Source of the DNA: Candidatus Kaiserbacteria bacterium
GTDB lineage: Bacteria; Patescibacteriota; Minisyncoccia; Phycocordibacterales; Phycocordibacteraceae
Reading direction: 5' to 3'
Assembly: GCA_963813065.1 (NCBI GenBank)
Contig: CAWEXP010000010.1
Location: forward strand, 7,276-71,275
Length of the DNA stretch: 64,000 bases
The notes under the pieces were generated by a model. That model worked only from the letters and a program-made list of their open reading frames with translations. It was not told the origin of the DNA and did not search any database. Of the stretch, positions 1 through 9,622 are shown piece by piece. A program made the translations under genes and the position numbers. Each line of letters opens with the position of its first letter. Position 1 is the stretch's first letter.

Positions 1-321
1 TTATATCAAAAGGTAGCTATGCTTGAGCAGAGTTCTCCATCTGTAAAACAACAGGAAGTGGCGGCAATAGTTGCAAAGGTTGGTAAGCTCATTGTGCTTC
101 CCGAGGGTGAGACGCCAACGGTCGCAACTGTTACGGATCCGGAAAAGCTCAAGGACCAAGCATTCTTCGCGAATGCGAAATCTGGCGACAAGGTGCTGAT
201 ATATGCGAACGCGAAAAAAGCATTTCTCTATGATCCGGTGAACGACAAACTTATTGATGTCGCTCCGCTCAATATTGGCACAGGGACTTCCACGACGACC
301 ACGAAGTCGGGCACCCTTTAG
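1..321 (+). CDS. Hypothetical protein, 5'-truncated at the window edge
   Basis: Open frame from position 1 to TAG at 319-321; contains LPEGETPTVATV...FFANAKSGDKVLIY. Confidence 0.7.
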   Translation, partial: LYQKVAMLEQSSPSVKQQEVAAIVAKVGKLIVLPEGETPTVATVTDPEKLKDQAFFANAKSGDKVLIYANAKKAFLYDPVNDKLIDVAPLNIGTGTSTTTTKSGTL

Positions 322-896
322 CCTGCGGTAGTGGTTCGCAAAAAAGGTTATTGTGCAACCCCGATCCATCAAATCAGACAGATCCAATCTGTCCCTCCGT
401 CTGTCCATTTTGTCCAATTTGTACCCGATCCATTTTCCTGAATTATTGGCATTTATTGGCATTTTAATTCCCGCAAATGAGACACGTCACATACCCTGCT
501 GTACGTCTCATTCGTCTCATGTTGAGCAAATAAGCCACGCTGTGGAGGGCACGTGAGACACATGTCTCATGAATTGGACGCCCTCCTCTCTCCAGGACCG
601 AACAGAAAGCGAACACTCAAAATATGCTCTTTCGTGTTCGGTTTGTTCGCTTTTTGGTGCGGTACCGTAGGACTCCCTCCCGGGTGCGCGTTTAGGGCGC
701 TGAAGCTCTGAAATACCCCTAACTGCTTGTTGGAATCGCTAAAATGGGACACATCTACACTATGCGTAAAAGTGTCCCAAGTGTCCAATTCCGATCCTGA
801 CCGTGGGGCCTCATGTGGTACGTTGTATAGGTCGCCAAAGCACCTTGCAATTGCCTCACCTGGTGTTTTGCGGTACCGTGCGGGGGCACTCATAAT

Positions 897-1430
897 ATGC
901 TCTACACCGGCAAAGGGGATGGTGGCACGACCAAAGTGTTTGGCTGTGATCAGCAGAGAATCTCGAAATCATCGGAACTGCCGGAAGCGCTTGGCGCGCT
1001 CGACGAACTGAATGCGTTCGTGGGGTTTGTCAGAATGCGCGCACAGAACGACGCGCGGATTTCATTTGTCCTGCGCGCTGTCCAGGAACAACTATTCATC
1101 GTCCAGGCAGAAGTCGCCGGAGCAGAGAAGCGCGTGAAGCCCGAGGAAGTTGACGCGACTGAACAAATTGTGAATGCGATCGAAAAAGAAATCCCGAAGG
1201 TGACCGGATTCTGCGTCGCAGGCGGGACCGAACTCTCCGCGCTCCTCGATGTCGCGCGCACCCTCTCGCGCCGCGCCGAGCGGCGCGTGGTGGCGGTATT
1301 CGAGGCAGGCCTTCGCGACGTCTCGCCGCCGACGCGCGCCTATCTCAATCGTCTCTCCTCACTCCTCTTCGCGCTCGCGCGCCTCGCGAACCATCAGGCA
1401 GGCGTCGCAGAAGAGAATCCAAAATACTGA
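897..1430 (+). CDS. ATP:cob(I)alamin adenosyltransferase, PduO type
   Basis: N-terminal YTGKGDGGTT, GALDELNA and RRAERR...YLNRLSSLLF motifs. Confidence 0.9.
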   Translation: MLYTGKGDGGTTKVFGCDQQRISKSSELPEALGALDELNAFVGFVRMRAQNDARISFVLRAVQEQLFIVQAEVAGAEKRVKPEEVDATEQIVNAIEKEIPKVTGFCVAGGTELSALLDVARTLSRRAERRVVAVFEAGLRDVSPPTRAYLNRLSSLLFALARLANHQAGVAEENPKY

Positions 1431-1489
1431 ATCTGTGCTATAAAAAGCGCACCCGCCCCCGCTCTTCGAGCTTCGGCGAGGCGAAGTAT

Positions 1490-1561
1490 GGCGGCTATAG
1501 TTTAGTGGTAAAACTCAGGTTTGTGGTACCTGCGTCGAGAGTTCGATTCTCTCTAGCCGCC
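1490..1561 (+). tRNA. tRNA-His (GTG) with encoded G-1; CCA not encoded
   Basis: Acceptor GCGGCTA/TAGCCGC, anticodon stem CAGGT/ACCTG with loop TTGTGGT, T-loop TTCGATT. Confidence 0.92.
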
Positions 1562-1661
1562 CCGCGAAGGGAAGTATTGACTTTTTGAATACTAACTGCT
1601 ACATATATAGGCAGTATTAATCGCGTACCTTGTAAGGTGCGTTTGTAGAGAGGAGTCGGTC

Positions 1662-2235
1662 ATGAACTATCATGATTTCATTTGGCCAATAACTGTGCTT
1701 CTCGGCGTCATTTTTGTGGTAATTGGGGTGTCGCGGCTCTATGGTCGCTACGAACTGAAGTACCGCATTGTCCCCGGAAAATTCCGAGAAATGGCGAGAG
1801 CTCGGGCGCGCCAAGATGGCGAAAGAAACAGAGCTCGTCATCAAGAAGTTCACTGATCGCCTCACCGCGCTCGACAAATCGACGCTTACGCCTGAAGTGA
1901 AGCTTGAGGCGATGAAAATCTTTCGGGACGAAGTTAGAGCAAGTGCGCCTGATTGGCGAGTGTTCGGACTCGGTGGTTCGAAGGAAGATGGTCTTGCTCA
2001 GCGCGGTGCGCGGACGATTAACGAGGCCGAAGTGTTAATCGGTGAACTCCAGAAGACCTCCATGTGGACACAGCTCCAACCTCTGCTCCAGCAGTTAGCG
2101 CAAAAGTTCGCTGGGCAAACGGGCGGAACTCCCACTTCTACAACGTCACCTACCACGGCCGTCGCGCCGGCACTACCAGCTCCGGTGAAAGCGCCGCCGT
2201 CAATCGGCGCCGCAGTGGGCAAGCCAGGAAAATAA
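1662..2235 (+). CDS. Hypothetical membrane-anchored protein, apparently split by one frameshift near 1770
   Basis: ORF 1662-1856 (N-terminal TM helix) overlaps ORF 1768-2235; RBS GAGGAG, TTGACT promoter upstream, hairpin downstream. Confidence 0.55.
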
Positions 2236-2333
2236 ATCATTCGCCGCGGATTGTTCCGCGGCGATTTTTTTGCAAATGTTCGTATTCTATGGTTATATAC
2301 ATACGGAATAGAACTACGGAAAGAGAGTAACCC

Positions 2334-2912
2334 ATGACAACCAACAAGCCCGTCCGTTTCTTTGTTGGGCACTACATGAGCGAGCCGCGCGTGCTCGAGT
2401 ACTACCGCTCTGTTACGGCCAGACTTGAGCGAGAGTGCGGCGTTCCTTCGCTCGCGAAGACGCACCCGTTGCACAACACACTCATGGGGCCGCCGAACGA
2501 TACGACCCAGACTGACTTCGACACGGCGTGTGAAATCCTCGAAGAGCTTGCCAAAAAAATGCCATCCTATCTTATCGATATCGACGGCATCGGATACTTC
2601 GACATGCCTCTCGAGAGTCAGACGGCATATCTCAATGTGCTGTCTCCCTTGCCAAAGATCGTCAAATTGGCAGAGCATGTGGGCGGACTGTTCTCGCGAG
2701 CAATGCCTGGACGCATCGTCATGCGCAGTCCGTATCGACCGCATCTCAGCATCGCACGCTATCTATCTCCAGAGCAGATGCGGCGTGTTGTGCCGGTGCT
2801 CTCGGCGCAGGGCAGGGTGGTCTTCAGGGATATTAAGATCACCCATATCCACCTCTTTCGCAAACACGGCGCACGGTACGAGGTTGATCGCAGTTTCCGT
2901 TTACGTGGATAA
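2334..2912 (+). CDS. 2H phosphoesterase / 2'-5' RNA ligase family protein
   Basis: Two HxT/S motifs (LHNTL, PHLSI) in about 190 aa. Confidence 0.75.
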   Translation: MTTNKPVRFFVGHYMSEPRVLEYYRSVTARLERECGVPSLAKTHPLHNTLMGPPNDTTQTDFDTACEILEELAKKMPSYLIDIDGIGYFDMPLESQTAYLNVLSPLPKIVKLAEHVGGLFSRAMPGRIVMRSPYRPHLSIARYLSPEQMRRVVPVLSAQGRVVFRDIKITHIHLFRKHGARYEVDRSFRLRG

Positions 2913-2981
2913 ATAGTACGAGCGGCTCCGGCCGCTCGTTTTTTATGGTGAGCTGGTCGAACCATTTGGTATACTTCCACA

Positions 2982-3623
2982 ATGAAAACACTCTGGCTTG
3001 GTATCCTGGTCATCGTCCTCCTCGGCGTCGGCGGACTCGTGTACCGCAATGCGATCGAACATCCGAACCAGCCCATCGCGTGTCCGCTCGATGCGAAAGT
3101 GTGCCCCGATGGCACGGCCGTCGCGCGGGTCGGGAGCACTTGTGATTTCCCCGCGTGCGCGCCACCGAATGTTTCGCTTGAGGCGCTCGGCATCTCCTTC
3201 GCACTCCCGAACGGTTTCGTCGCATCAAGCGCGCCCGACTCGACGACCGTTGCTGAATACGATTTTGGCAACTCTTCTTCAACGCAGGCAGAAGAATTAA
3301 CCATCCGCGAATACTCACTCGCCTCATCAACACCGCTCGAAGTGGTGCAGAGCACGGCGCTCGGGATTGCCTCGGGCGCGCCGCTCTCTGCGACGGCATT
3401 CACTTCGACCAGTATTGGCACCCATCGCTTCACGGTCGCGCAGATTGGCCGCTTTGAAGGCGTCGTGGATACTGCGTACTATCTCGCGCGCGGTACCGAT
3501 GTTATTCGATTCGACGCCATAGACCGGGGTGTTGTAAACTGGACAGACCCCGCGCTCACCACCAGCACATTGCCGGCACAGCAAGCACTTCGGCAGATGC
3601 TCGGGACCTTACAAGGCAATTAA
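2982..3623 (+). CDS. Secreted or membrane-anchored protein with Cys-rich CPLDAKVCPDG motif
   Basis: N-terminal hydrophobic helix followed by a four-Cys motif. Confidence 0.75.
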   Translation: MKTLWLGILVIVLLGVGGLVYRNAIEHPNQPIACPLDAKVCPDGTAVARVGSTCDFPACAPPNVSLEALGISFALPNGFVASSAPDSTTVAEYDFGNSSSTQAEELTIREYSLASSTPLEVVQSTALGIASGAPLSATAFTSTSIGTHRFTVAQIGRFEGVVDTAYYLARGTDVIRFDAIDRGVVNWTDPALTTSTLPAQQALRQMLGTLQGN

Positions 3624-3632
3624 TTATTTTCT

Positions 3633-4439
3633 ATGAAAAACGACTTCATCTCTGATGTGCTCGAGAGCGGGGGCGTCCGCGTCGCCCTCATCGGCGTGCT
3701 CGCTATCCTCGCGCTCTTCCTCCTCGCCGAGACCGCCGTCACCGCGGAGAACTTCGATCGCCCGTCGAACCCAGCGACCGACACCATTACGGTAAGCGGC
3801 TCGGGGCAGGCAACGCTCGCTCCTGACATCGCAAATGTTTCCTTCTCGGTGCAGAACACGGCAGACACCGTTGCTGATGCGCAAGCGGCAACCACCAAGC
3901 AGGCGAACGCGGCGCTCGCCTTCGTCACGGCGCAGGGCATCGCGAGCAAGGATGTGAAAACTACATCATACTCAATCAATCCGCAGTATTCCTACCCGAC
4001 ACCGTGCACCGGCAATATGATGTGCCCCGCGTACACGGGCGCACCCAAGATTACGGGTTACCAGGTTTCTGAGACCGTCGAAGTAACGGTGCGCGATCTC
4101 TCCAAGGTCGGCGCCTTCCTCTCGGGCCTCGGCACCCTCGGTGTGCAGAATGTCTCTGGTCCCAACTTCACACTCGAGAATACCAATACCGGCCCCGACA
4201 CTGCACGCGCCGCCGCTATCGCAAATGCCAAGCAGGAAGCAGAATTGCTCGCGACTCAGCTCGGCGTGCATCTCGGCAAGATCGTGAACTTCAGCGAGTC
4301 CGCTGGCGGCTATCCGCCCATCATGTACGCGACCAGCGCGAAGCTCGATTCGAGCATGGGTGCCGCTCCCGTCCCACAGGTTCCTGCCGGCGAGAACACC
4401 TACAACTCATCGGTTTCTGTCACCTACGAGATTCGTTAA
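3633..4439 (+). CDS. SIMPL/DUF541 domain protein
   Basis: TITVSGSG..PDIA, GYQVS..VEVTVRD, AIANAKQEAE..A..LGV.LG and VSVTYEI motifs. Confidence 0.9.
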   Translation: MKNDFISDVLESGGVRVALIGVLAILALFLLAETAVTAENFDRPSNPATDTITVSGSGQATLAPDIANVSFSVQNTADTVADAQAATTKQANAALAFVTAQGIASKDVKTTSYSINPQYSYPTPCTGNMMCPAYTGAPKITGYQVSETVEVTVRDLSKVGAFLSGLGTLGVQNVSGPNFTLENTNTGPDTARAAAIANAKQEAELLATQLGVHLGKIVNFSESAGGYPPIMYATSAKLDSSMGAAPVPQVPAGENTYNSSVSVTYEIR

Positions 4440-4456
4440 AAAGCAAGCAAATACGC

Positions 4457-4498
4457 CACGAACGCGCCTATTGACAAATAGGCGCGTTCGTGTATACT
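4457..4498 (+). promoter_or_regulatory. Sigma70-like promoter embedded in a perfect 16-bp inverted repeat
   Basis: CACGAACGCGCCTATT-GACA-AATAGGCGCGTTCGTG; TTGACA 4471-4476, TATACT 4493-4498. Confidence 0.65.
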
Positions 4499-4564
4499 AG
4501 TCGGTGGATCAATGGTCCAGAGGTTCGGCATGCTGCCGCTACCTCTTTCCTAGTGGAGACGAAA

Positions 4565-5476
4565 ATGAAGACGAACTGCTTCTACGCCAATGCTCAGGGA
4601 ATGAGCGCAGGCATCCCCCTCTCGTGCGACGGGAAGGGCTACTACATCGATCTTGGTCGCGGACGGCGTTTGCCGGTCTACAGTGCGGCCAGTGTGGTCG
4701 ATGGGGTGATGACCTCTGCGTCGTTCTGGGATTCGGACAAGTTGCACACGTTCGGCATGCGTAAGAACGATGACGCGTCGTTCTACGTGCTGATCGATAC
4801 CAGCTTCGGCGAAGACAAGACGGGTCTGCAGGGGGTCTCTTCCGCCAGCGGCGTCGAACTCGATCGTGGCCGTATCGGCACTGGATCGCTGTTCGTCTAC
4901 CAGCTCAAGGCTGGTGACGACATGGCGTACTGCGTCGCTGGCAACCGCTTGCTCGGCTTCACGGCGACCGAAGAGGGCTTCGAACCCTTCACGGTCGACA
5001 ACGAAGCCGAAGTCATCGGGTCGCTCACGGTGAGCGAGGGCATGCGCCTCATCTCCCTGGAAGGGGAAAAGGCACGTCCGGCCATTCAGGCCGGCGCCCA
5101 CATGCTCATAGATGCTTTCAAAAATGGCGCCGATGCCGGGGAGCAAGTCCTCGACGCGCTGATGTCGGCCCGCGCGAAGCAGCTTCTCGATCATGGAGCA
5201 CTCAACCGCTACACGAACGAGATTGCTCCGCGGCTCATCTCTCTCGTGGAGGGATATGGCTGGCCGATGAAACGTAATGGCGCGCAGGTGTTCTTGGTCC
5301 GCAATGGACACTCGTTCACCTTGTACGATGTTGCCAATCAGCAGAAGCCATCTCGTCAGCAAATCGAAGCGCGGCGTGCAGCCCATCGGGAGGAACGTCT
5401 CGCGGATCGCCCGAAAGGCATCTCGGGCGGTACGGCCGACAAGGGCGGCAAGAAGCAGAAAGGCAAAAAACACTAG
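4565..5476 (+). CDS. Hypothetical protein with basic C-terminal tail
   Basis: Long ORF with RBS GGAG, own promoter and terminator hairpin; no family recognised. Confidence 0.7.
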   Translation: MKTNCFYANAQGMSAGIPLSCDGKGYYIDLGRGRRLPVYSAASVVDGVMTSASFWDSDKLHTFGMRKNDDASFYVLIDTSFGEDKTGLQGVSSASGVELDRGRIGTGSLFVYQLKAGDDMAYCVAGNRLLGFTATEEGFEPFTVDNEAEVIGSLTVSEGMRLISLEGEKARPAIQAGAHMLIDAFKNGADAGEQVLDALMSARAKQLLDHGALNRYTNEIAPRLISLVEGYGWPMKRNGAQVFLVRNGHSFTLYDVANQQKPSRQQIEARRAAHREERLADRPKGISGGTADKGGKKQKGKKH

Positions 5477-5618
5477 AAATAATCGCACAACTCAAAGCCC
5501 CCGGATTCGTTCCGGGGGTTCTTTTTATCCAGCAAATACAATGCAATAAGGTCTATTGACAAATAAGTACTTTCAGGTATCATAGACATCAGTATATCGG
5601 TTATTTGGAGCATCCCAC

Positions 5619-6029
5619 ATGGGCGAAACAAAACGCCTCGAGGGCCGCGCGCAAGCGATTGGCGTCCTCGAGGAAACCTTTGAGGGGGAAGACGCTCATA
5701 TCCCAACGCGGGATAGAGCATTTCACCACCTTATCGAAACGTCAGTGACGCGAGAAGAATGGGCGGAGACCGTGGAGTTCTTGCGGGTCGCCCGGCGCGT
5801 CGAGTTCGAAGATGCGAAAGGGAACACGACGAGTGACTTGCGTCCCGGCGTTCGGGATGCGTTCGTCCGTGCCTGTCGTGAGGCGGGGTACGATGATCTC
5901 ATCGTCTATGCGCTCATCGACGAGCCACGGAAGCCCAATCTGCCACCGGTCACTATCGACATGATGGTTGATCTGTTCAAGGCGGGGGAACTCTTCTCGA
6001 ATCAGAAGCCCCGTGCGTCCACCACATGA
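5619..6029 (+). CDS. Hypothetical protein
   Basis: ORF with GGAG RBS, upstream TTGACA..TATCAT and downstream hairpin. Confidence 0.65.
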   Translation: MGETKRLEGRAQAIGVLEETFEGEDAHIPTRDRAFHHLIETSVTREEWAETVEFLRVARRVEFEDAKGNTTSDLRPGVRDAFVRACREAGYDDLIVYALIDEPRKPNLPPVTIDMMVDLFKAGELFSNQKPRASTT

Positions 6030-6185
6030 AAGAGCGAACCCCGCGGCAGAGCCGCGGGGATTTCTTTATCTTTACCCGACCCGTCCACAGGGCGCGGGGC
6101 GGGCCCTTGACCGTTTAATGCCCCGGTGCTATCCTCTTTTCTATTGAAGCCCGCAGGGCTTTTTTATTTGGCAACCTTACCCGCC

Positions 6186-6374
6186 ATGCATACCCTCACC
6201 ACCTATCTCCGGAATGTGCGCGAAGAGTTTCGTCATATTGTCTGGCCGAGCAATCGGACAGCGGTCGCACACACGCTCGTCGTGGTCCTCATCGCGCTCC
6301 TGGTCGCGCTCTTCGTCGGCGTGCTCGACTTCCTCTTCCGCACAGGCGTCAGCACGATTGTTGGTGGCTACTAA
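6186..6374 (+). CDS. secE: Preprotein translocase subunit SecE
   Basis: YLRNVREEFRHIVWPS motif plus TM helix, directly upstream of nusG. Confidence 0.9.
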   Translation: MHTLTTYLRNVREEFRHIVWPSNRTAVAHTLVVVLIALLVALFVGVLDFLFRTGVSTIVGGY

Positions 6375-6384
6375 TATTTTCTCT

Positions 6385-7023
6385 ATGGACGAGAACCAAA
6401 ACTACAACGAGCCGATTCCCGAAGACGAGGAAGTCGGGATGGCCGATATTGCGCCGGAGATGCCCAAGCAGATTCGCGACGAGACCGCGCAAAGCGAGAG
6501 CGATGCGCGTTGGTACGCCATCCACACCTACGCGGGTTACGAGAACGCCGTCGAGCGCAACCTCAAGCAACGCATCGAATCACTCGGCATGGAGGGAAAA
6601 ATTTTCGACGTCATCGTCCCGACCGAGAAGAAGATTCGCGTGAAGGGCAACAAGCGCGTCGTCGAAGAAGAGAAAATTTATCCCGGCTACATCTTGGTGA
6701 AGATGCTGGTGGACGACGATTCTTGGTTCGTGGTGCGTAACACGCCGCGCGTGACGGGTTTCGTCGGCGCAGGCAACACGCCGGTGCCGATGGACGCGGC
6801 CGAGATGGGGACGCTGATGAAGCGTATGACCGCCGACGCGCCCAAGCACCGCATCGACCTCGTGAAGGATGACCCGGTGGTCATCGCGGACGGCCCCTTC
6901 AAGGACCTCGAGGGCAAGGTGGGCGACATCGACGAGGATCGTGGCAAGGTCAAAGTGATGGTCTCGATGTTCGGCCGCGAGACGCCGGTGGAATTGGATT
7001 TCCTCCAAATCAGAAAACTCTAG
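6385..7023 (+). CDS. nusG: Transcription termination/antitermination factor NusG
   Basis: WYAIHTYAGYEN, YPGYILVKM, VRNTPRVTGFVG, KOW domain, FGRETPVELDF. Confidence 0.97.
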   Translation: MDENQNYNEPIPEDEEVGMADIAPEMPKQIRDETAQSESDARWYAIHTYAGYENAVERNLKQRIESLGMEGKIFDVIVPTEKKIRVKGNKRVVEEEKIYPGYILVKMLVDDDSWFVVRNTPRVTGFVGAGNTPVPMDAAEMGTLMKRMTADAPKHRIDLVKDDPVVIADGPFKDLEGKVGDIDEDRGKVKVMVSMFGRETPVELDFLQIRKL

Positions 7024-7083
7024 TACATCCAATTAAGCACCAAATAACAAGCGCGAAATCTCAAACAGTGCGAAAATGCATTG

Positions 7084-7440
7084 ATGGCATCGGTCAATGG
7101 CCGTTCATTCGACCTTGAAGCGCGCACGCTTGCGTTCGCGAAGGCGGTTCGTGTTTTTGTAAAGGAGCTTCCACGCTCCACTGCGAATATCGAGGACGGG
7201 AAGCAAGTGATCCGCTCGTCAGGCTCGGTCGGCGCAAACTATATCGAGGCAAACGAAGCCCTCAGCAAAAAAGATTTCATCATGCGCGTGAAAATAGCGC
7301 GCAAGGAAGCAAAAGAAAGCCGATATTGGTTGCAGATAGTAGAAGCCGGTTCTCTTGAAAAAGAGCGCACGGCGCTTGAACGCGAGGCGACTGAGCTTAC
7401 TCTAATTTTAAGCTCCATTATCAGAAGGGCAGAAGTCTAG
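7084..7440 (+). CDS. Four-helix-bundle protein (23S rRNA IVP / TIGR02436-like)
   Basis: QVIRSSGSVGANYIEA..SKKDF..KIARKEAKESRYWL motif. Confidence 0.88.
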   Translation: MASVNGRSFDLEARTLAFAKAVRVFVKELPRSTANIEDGKQVIRSSGSVGANYIEANEALSKKDFIMRVKIARKEAKESRYWLQIVEAGSLEKERTALEREATELTLILSSIIRRAEV

Positions 7441-7508
7441 CCTCCTAGTTTCTTATTTGATGCTTGGAATTTGGCATTTACCCCACCCCGTGCTAGGGTG
7501 GGGCGACT

Positions 7509-7928
7509 ATGGCAACCGTTGTTAAAAAAATCAAATTGCAGATCCCGGGAGGGAAGGCGACGCCTGCACCCCCGGTCGGCACGGTGCTTGGCCCTGCGGG
7601 CGTGAATATCGGTCAGTTCGTCTCGCAGTTCAACGAGCAGACCAAGGATAAGCCGGGCGTCATCATCCCCGTCGACCTCTCGGTCTATGACGATCGCTCC
7701 TTCACCTTCGTGCTCAAGACCTCGCCAGCTAGCCGCCTCATCCTCAAGGCCGCTGGGCTCGAGAAGGGCTCGGGCAAGACCCCGACCACCAAGGCAGGCT
7801 CCATCACCAAGGCGCAGGTTACCGAAATCGCAAAGGAGAAAATGCCGGACCTCAATGCCGGTTCAATCGAGGCCGCCGAACGCCTCATCGCAGGCACCGC
7901 GCGAAGCATGGGTGTCGACGTTAAATAA
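7509..7928 (+). CDS. rplK: 50S ribosomal protein L11
   Basis: [17 protein letters not shown]...IAGTARSMG. Confidence 0.98.
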   Translation: MATVVKKIKLQIPGGKATPAPPVGTVLGPAGVNIGQFVSQFNEQTKDKPGVIIPVDLSVYDDRSFTFVLKTSPASRLILKAAGLEKGSGKTPTTKAGSITKAQVTEIAKEKMPDLNAGSIEAAERLIAGTARSMGVDVK

Positions 7929-7965
7929 GTTTTTACAAAAAATAAAACCCCGCATGTGCGGGGTT

Positions 7966-8642
7966 TTATTTTTTCTTCTTAATATCCCTATCGGCCCAGA
8001 GGCGGGGAGGATCATGGTCGGGTGCCAATTCTTTTTTAACTCTGCGAGATTCTTGCCCGGATTATATTTACCCGTCGCGGAATAATCTTTGCCTAGGATG
8101 GGACCGGTTTCGAAAAATACCAACTGCGCGACGCGCCGCCCGACCACGAGCGGGATGGTGTAGTGCTGAGAATTATTCGAAATTTCCATTGTCCAGCGAT
8201 TGATATAGCCAACATCGCCCCAGCCCGCGCACTTGCAGACGGCGACGAAGACGCGGCCCAAGGAGCTCCGCGCCTTCATCATCGTGGTGACGCATTCGCG
8301 CCCGCCGATGAATTCCTGCGTGTGCGCAAGAATGGTCTCGCCGGGGTGGAGGAGAATCACCTGGTCGGTAGGGGCGATGCCGTCCCAGGCGAAGGCGAAT
8401 TCTTTGAACGCCTCCTTCGCGCTCACGGCGCGCTCGGGCTCGGTGCCCCAGACATGGTCGATATCTTTTTTACTCCAAATATTCAGAATAGGATTCTCGC
8501 CCTTCACCGGCCGCTCGTGGAAGTACCACTCGCCGAGGGTGAGGTCATAGCTCGAGGTCGAGAGATTTGCGCGCACGAAGGGATCAATCACAATCGTCCC
8601 CGCCTTCATGTGCTCGAGAATTTTCCGATCGGAGAGTGCCAT
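7966..8642 (-). CDS. dcd: dCTP deaminase (probable 1-nt homopolymer error near the 3' end)
   Basis: MALSDRKI, SYDLTLG, ARSSLGR, GDVGY..RWTMEI and RVAQLVF motifs. Confidence 0.88.
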
Positions 8643-8711
8643 GAGAGTATTGTTGCACCCCCTCGACCGGTTTGCTAGGGTCAATCAGGATCTGCCACGA
8701 AAGGAAATGAC

Positions 8712-9536
8712 ATGGCAAGCCCTTTTGATGAAATCAGTGTTCGCGTTCTCGCACGTACGCAGGTTGACCGCTCCGCCGTTCGCGAATGGCTCGATGAGAT
8801 GGGCGCCGACGAGTTCGAGATTCCGTCCGAAGAGGCGGTCTCCGATCCAGCACTTCTCGTCGCACTTGCCGCGAAGCAGTGTTATATGGCATTTCAGCCC
8901 GGCTTGAATCCGAACGTAACGAAAGTTCGTGCAGACATGGTCGATTACCTCGACAATGTGCTCAAACAGAAACATGGCTCGGTCCTCGAACACTCGGTCT
9001 TCACCTTCGGCATCAACGGCTGTTCACGCGTCTTCACGGGTGAGATGAATCGGCATCGCGCAGGCGTCGGCATCTCCGAGCGGAGCATGCGCTACATCCG
9101 GTACACCGACATCAAGTTTTGGATGCCAGAGTGTTTTCGCGAGCATCCGGATGATACGGCGGAAGTTTCCCGCAAGAAGTGGGAAAGCCGGGTACTCCTG
9201 ACCGACGAATTCGAGAGCCAAGAACGTCTGATGTCGAATCTGGCTGACGTGTGGAAGGAAGAACTTGCGCCTGGCAGCTCCTTCCACAATAAGAAAGTAC
9301 TCACGTCTGCCTTTCGCCGCGGAATCGGCATGGGCATTGCCACGGGCGGCGTTTGGACCCTCAATGCACGCGCGCTTCGCCACGTCATTGCGTTGCGTAC
9401 CGATGCCGGAGCTGAAGAGGAGATTGTGCATGTATGTCGGAAGATTGGTCGGATCATGGTTGAGGAGGTTCCCGAGCTCTTTGGCGACTTCCAAGACGTG
9501 AACGGCGTGTTCGTCCCCAAATACGCGAAAGTGTGA
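8712..9536 (+). CDS. thyX: Flavin-dependent thymidylate synthase
   Basis: HGSVLEH, SRVFTGEMNRHR..ISERSMRY (RHRx7SxR), NARALRH..LR. Confidence 0.92.
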   Translation: MASPFDEISVRVLARTQVDRSAVREWLDEMGADEFEIPSEEAVSDPALLVALAAKQCYMAFQPGLNPNVTKVRADMVDYLDNVLKQKHGSVLEHSVFTFGINGCSRVFTGEMNRHRAGVGISERSMRYIRYTDIKFWMPECFREHPDDTAEVSRKKWESRVLLTDEFESQERLMSNLADVWKEELAPGSSFHNKKVLTSAFRRGIGMGIATGGVWTLNARALRHVIALRTDAGAEEEIVHVCRKIGRIMVEEVPELFGDFQDVNGVFVPKYAKV

Positions 9537-9622
9537 ATTCACGCGCGGCTCCGGCCGCGCGTTTTTGCTTTTTTATTGGCGGAGCGGTACGGTGGAGAAC
9601 GGATTCACCATGGAGGTTGTCG

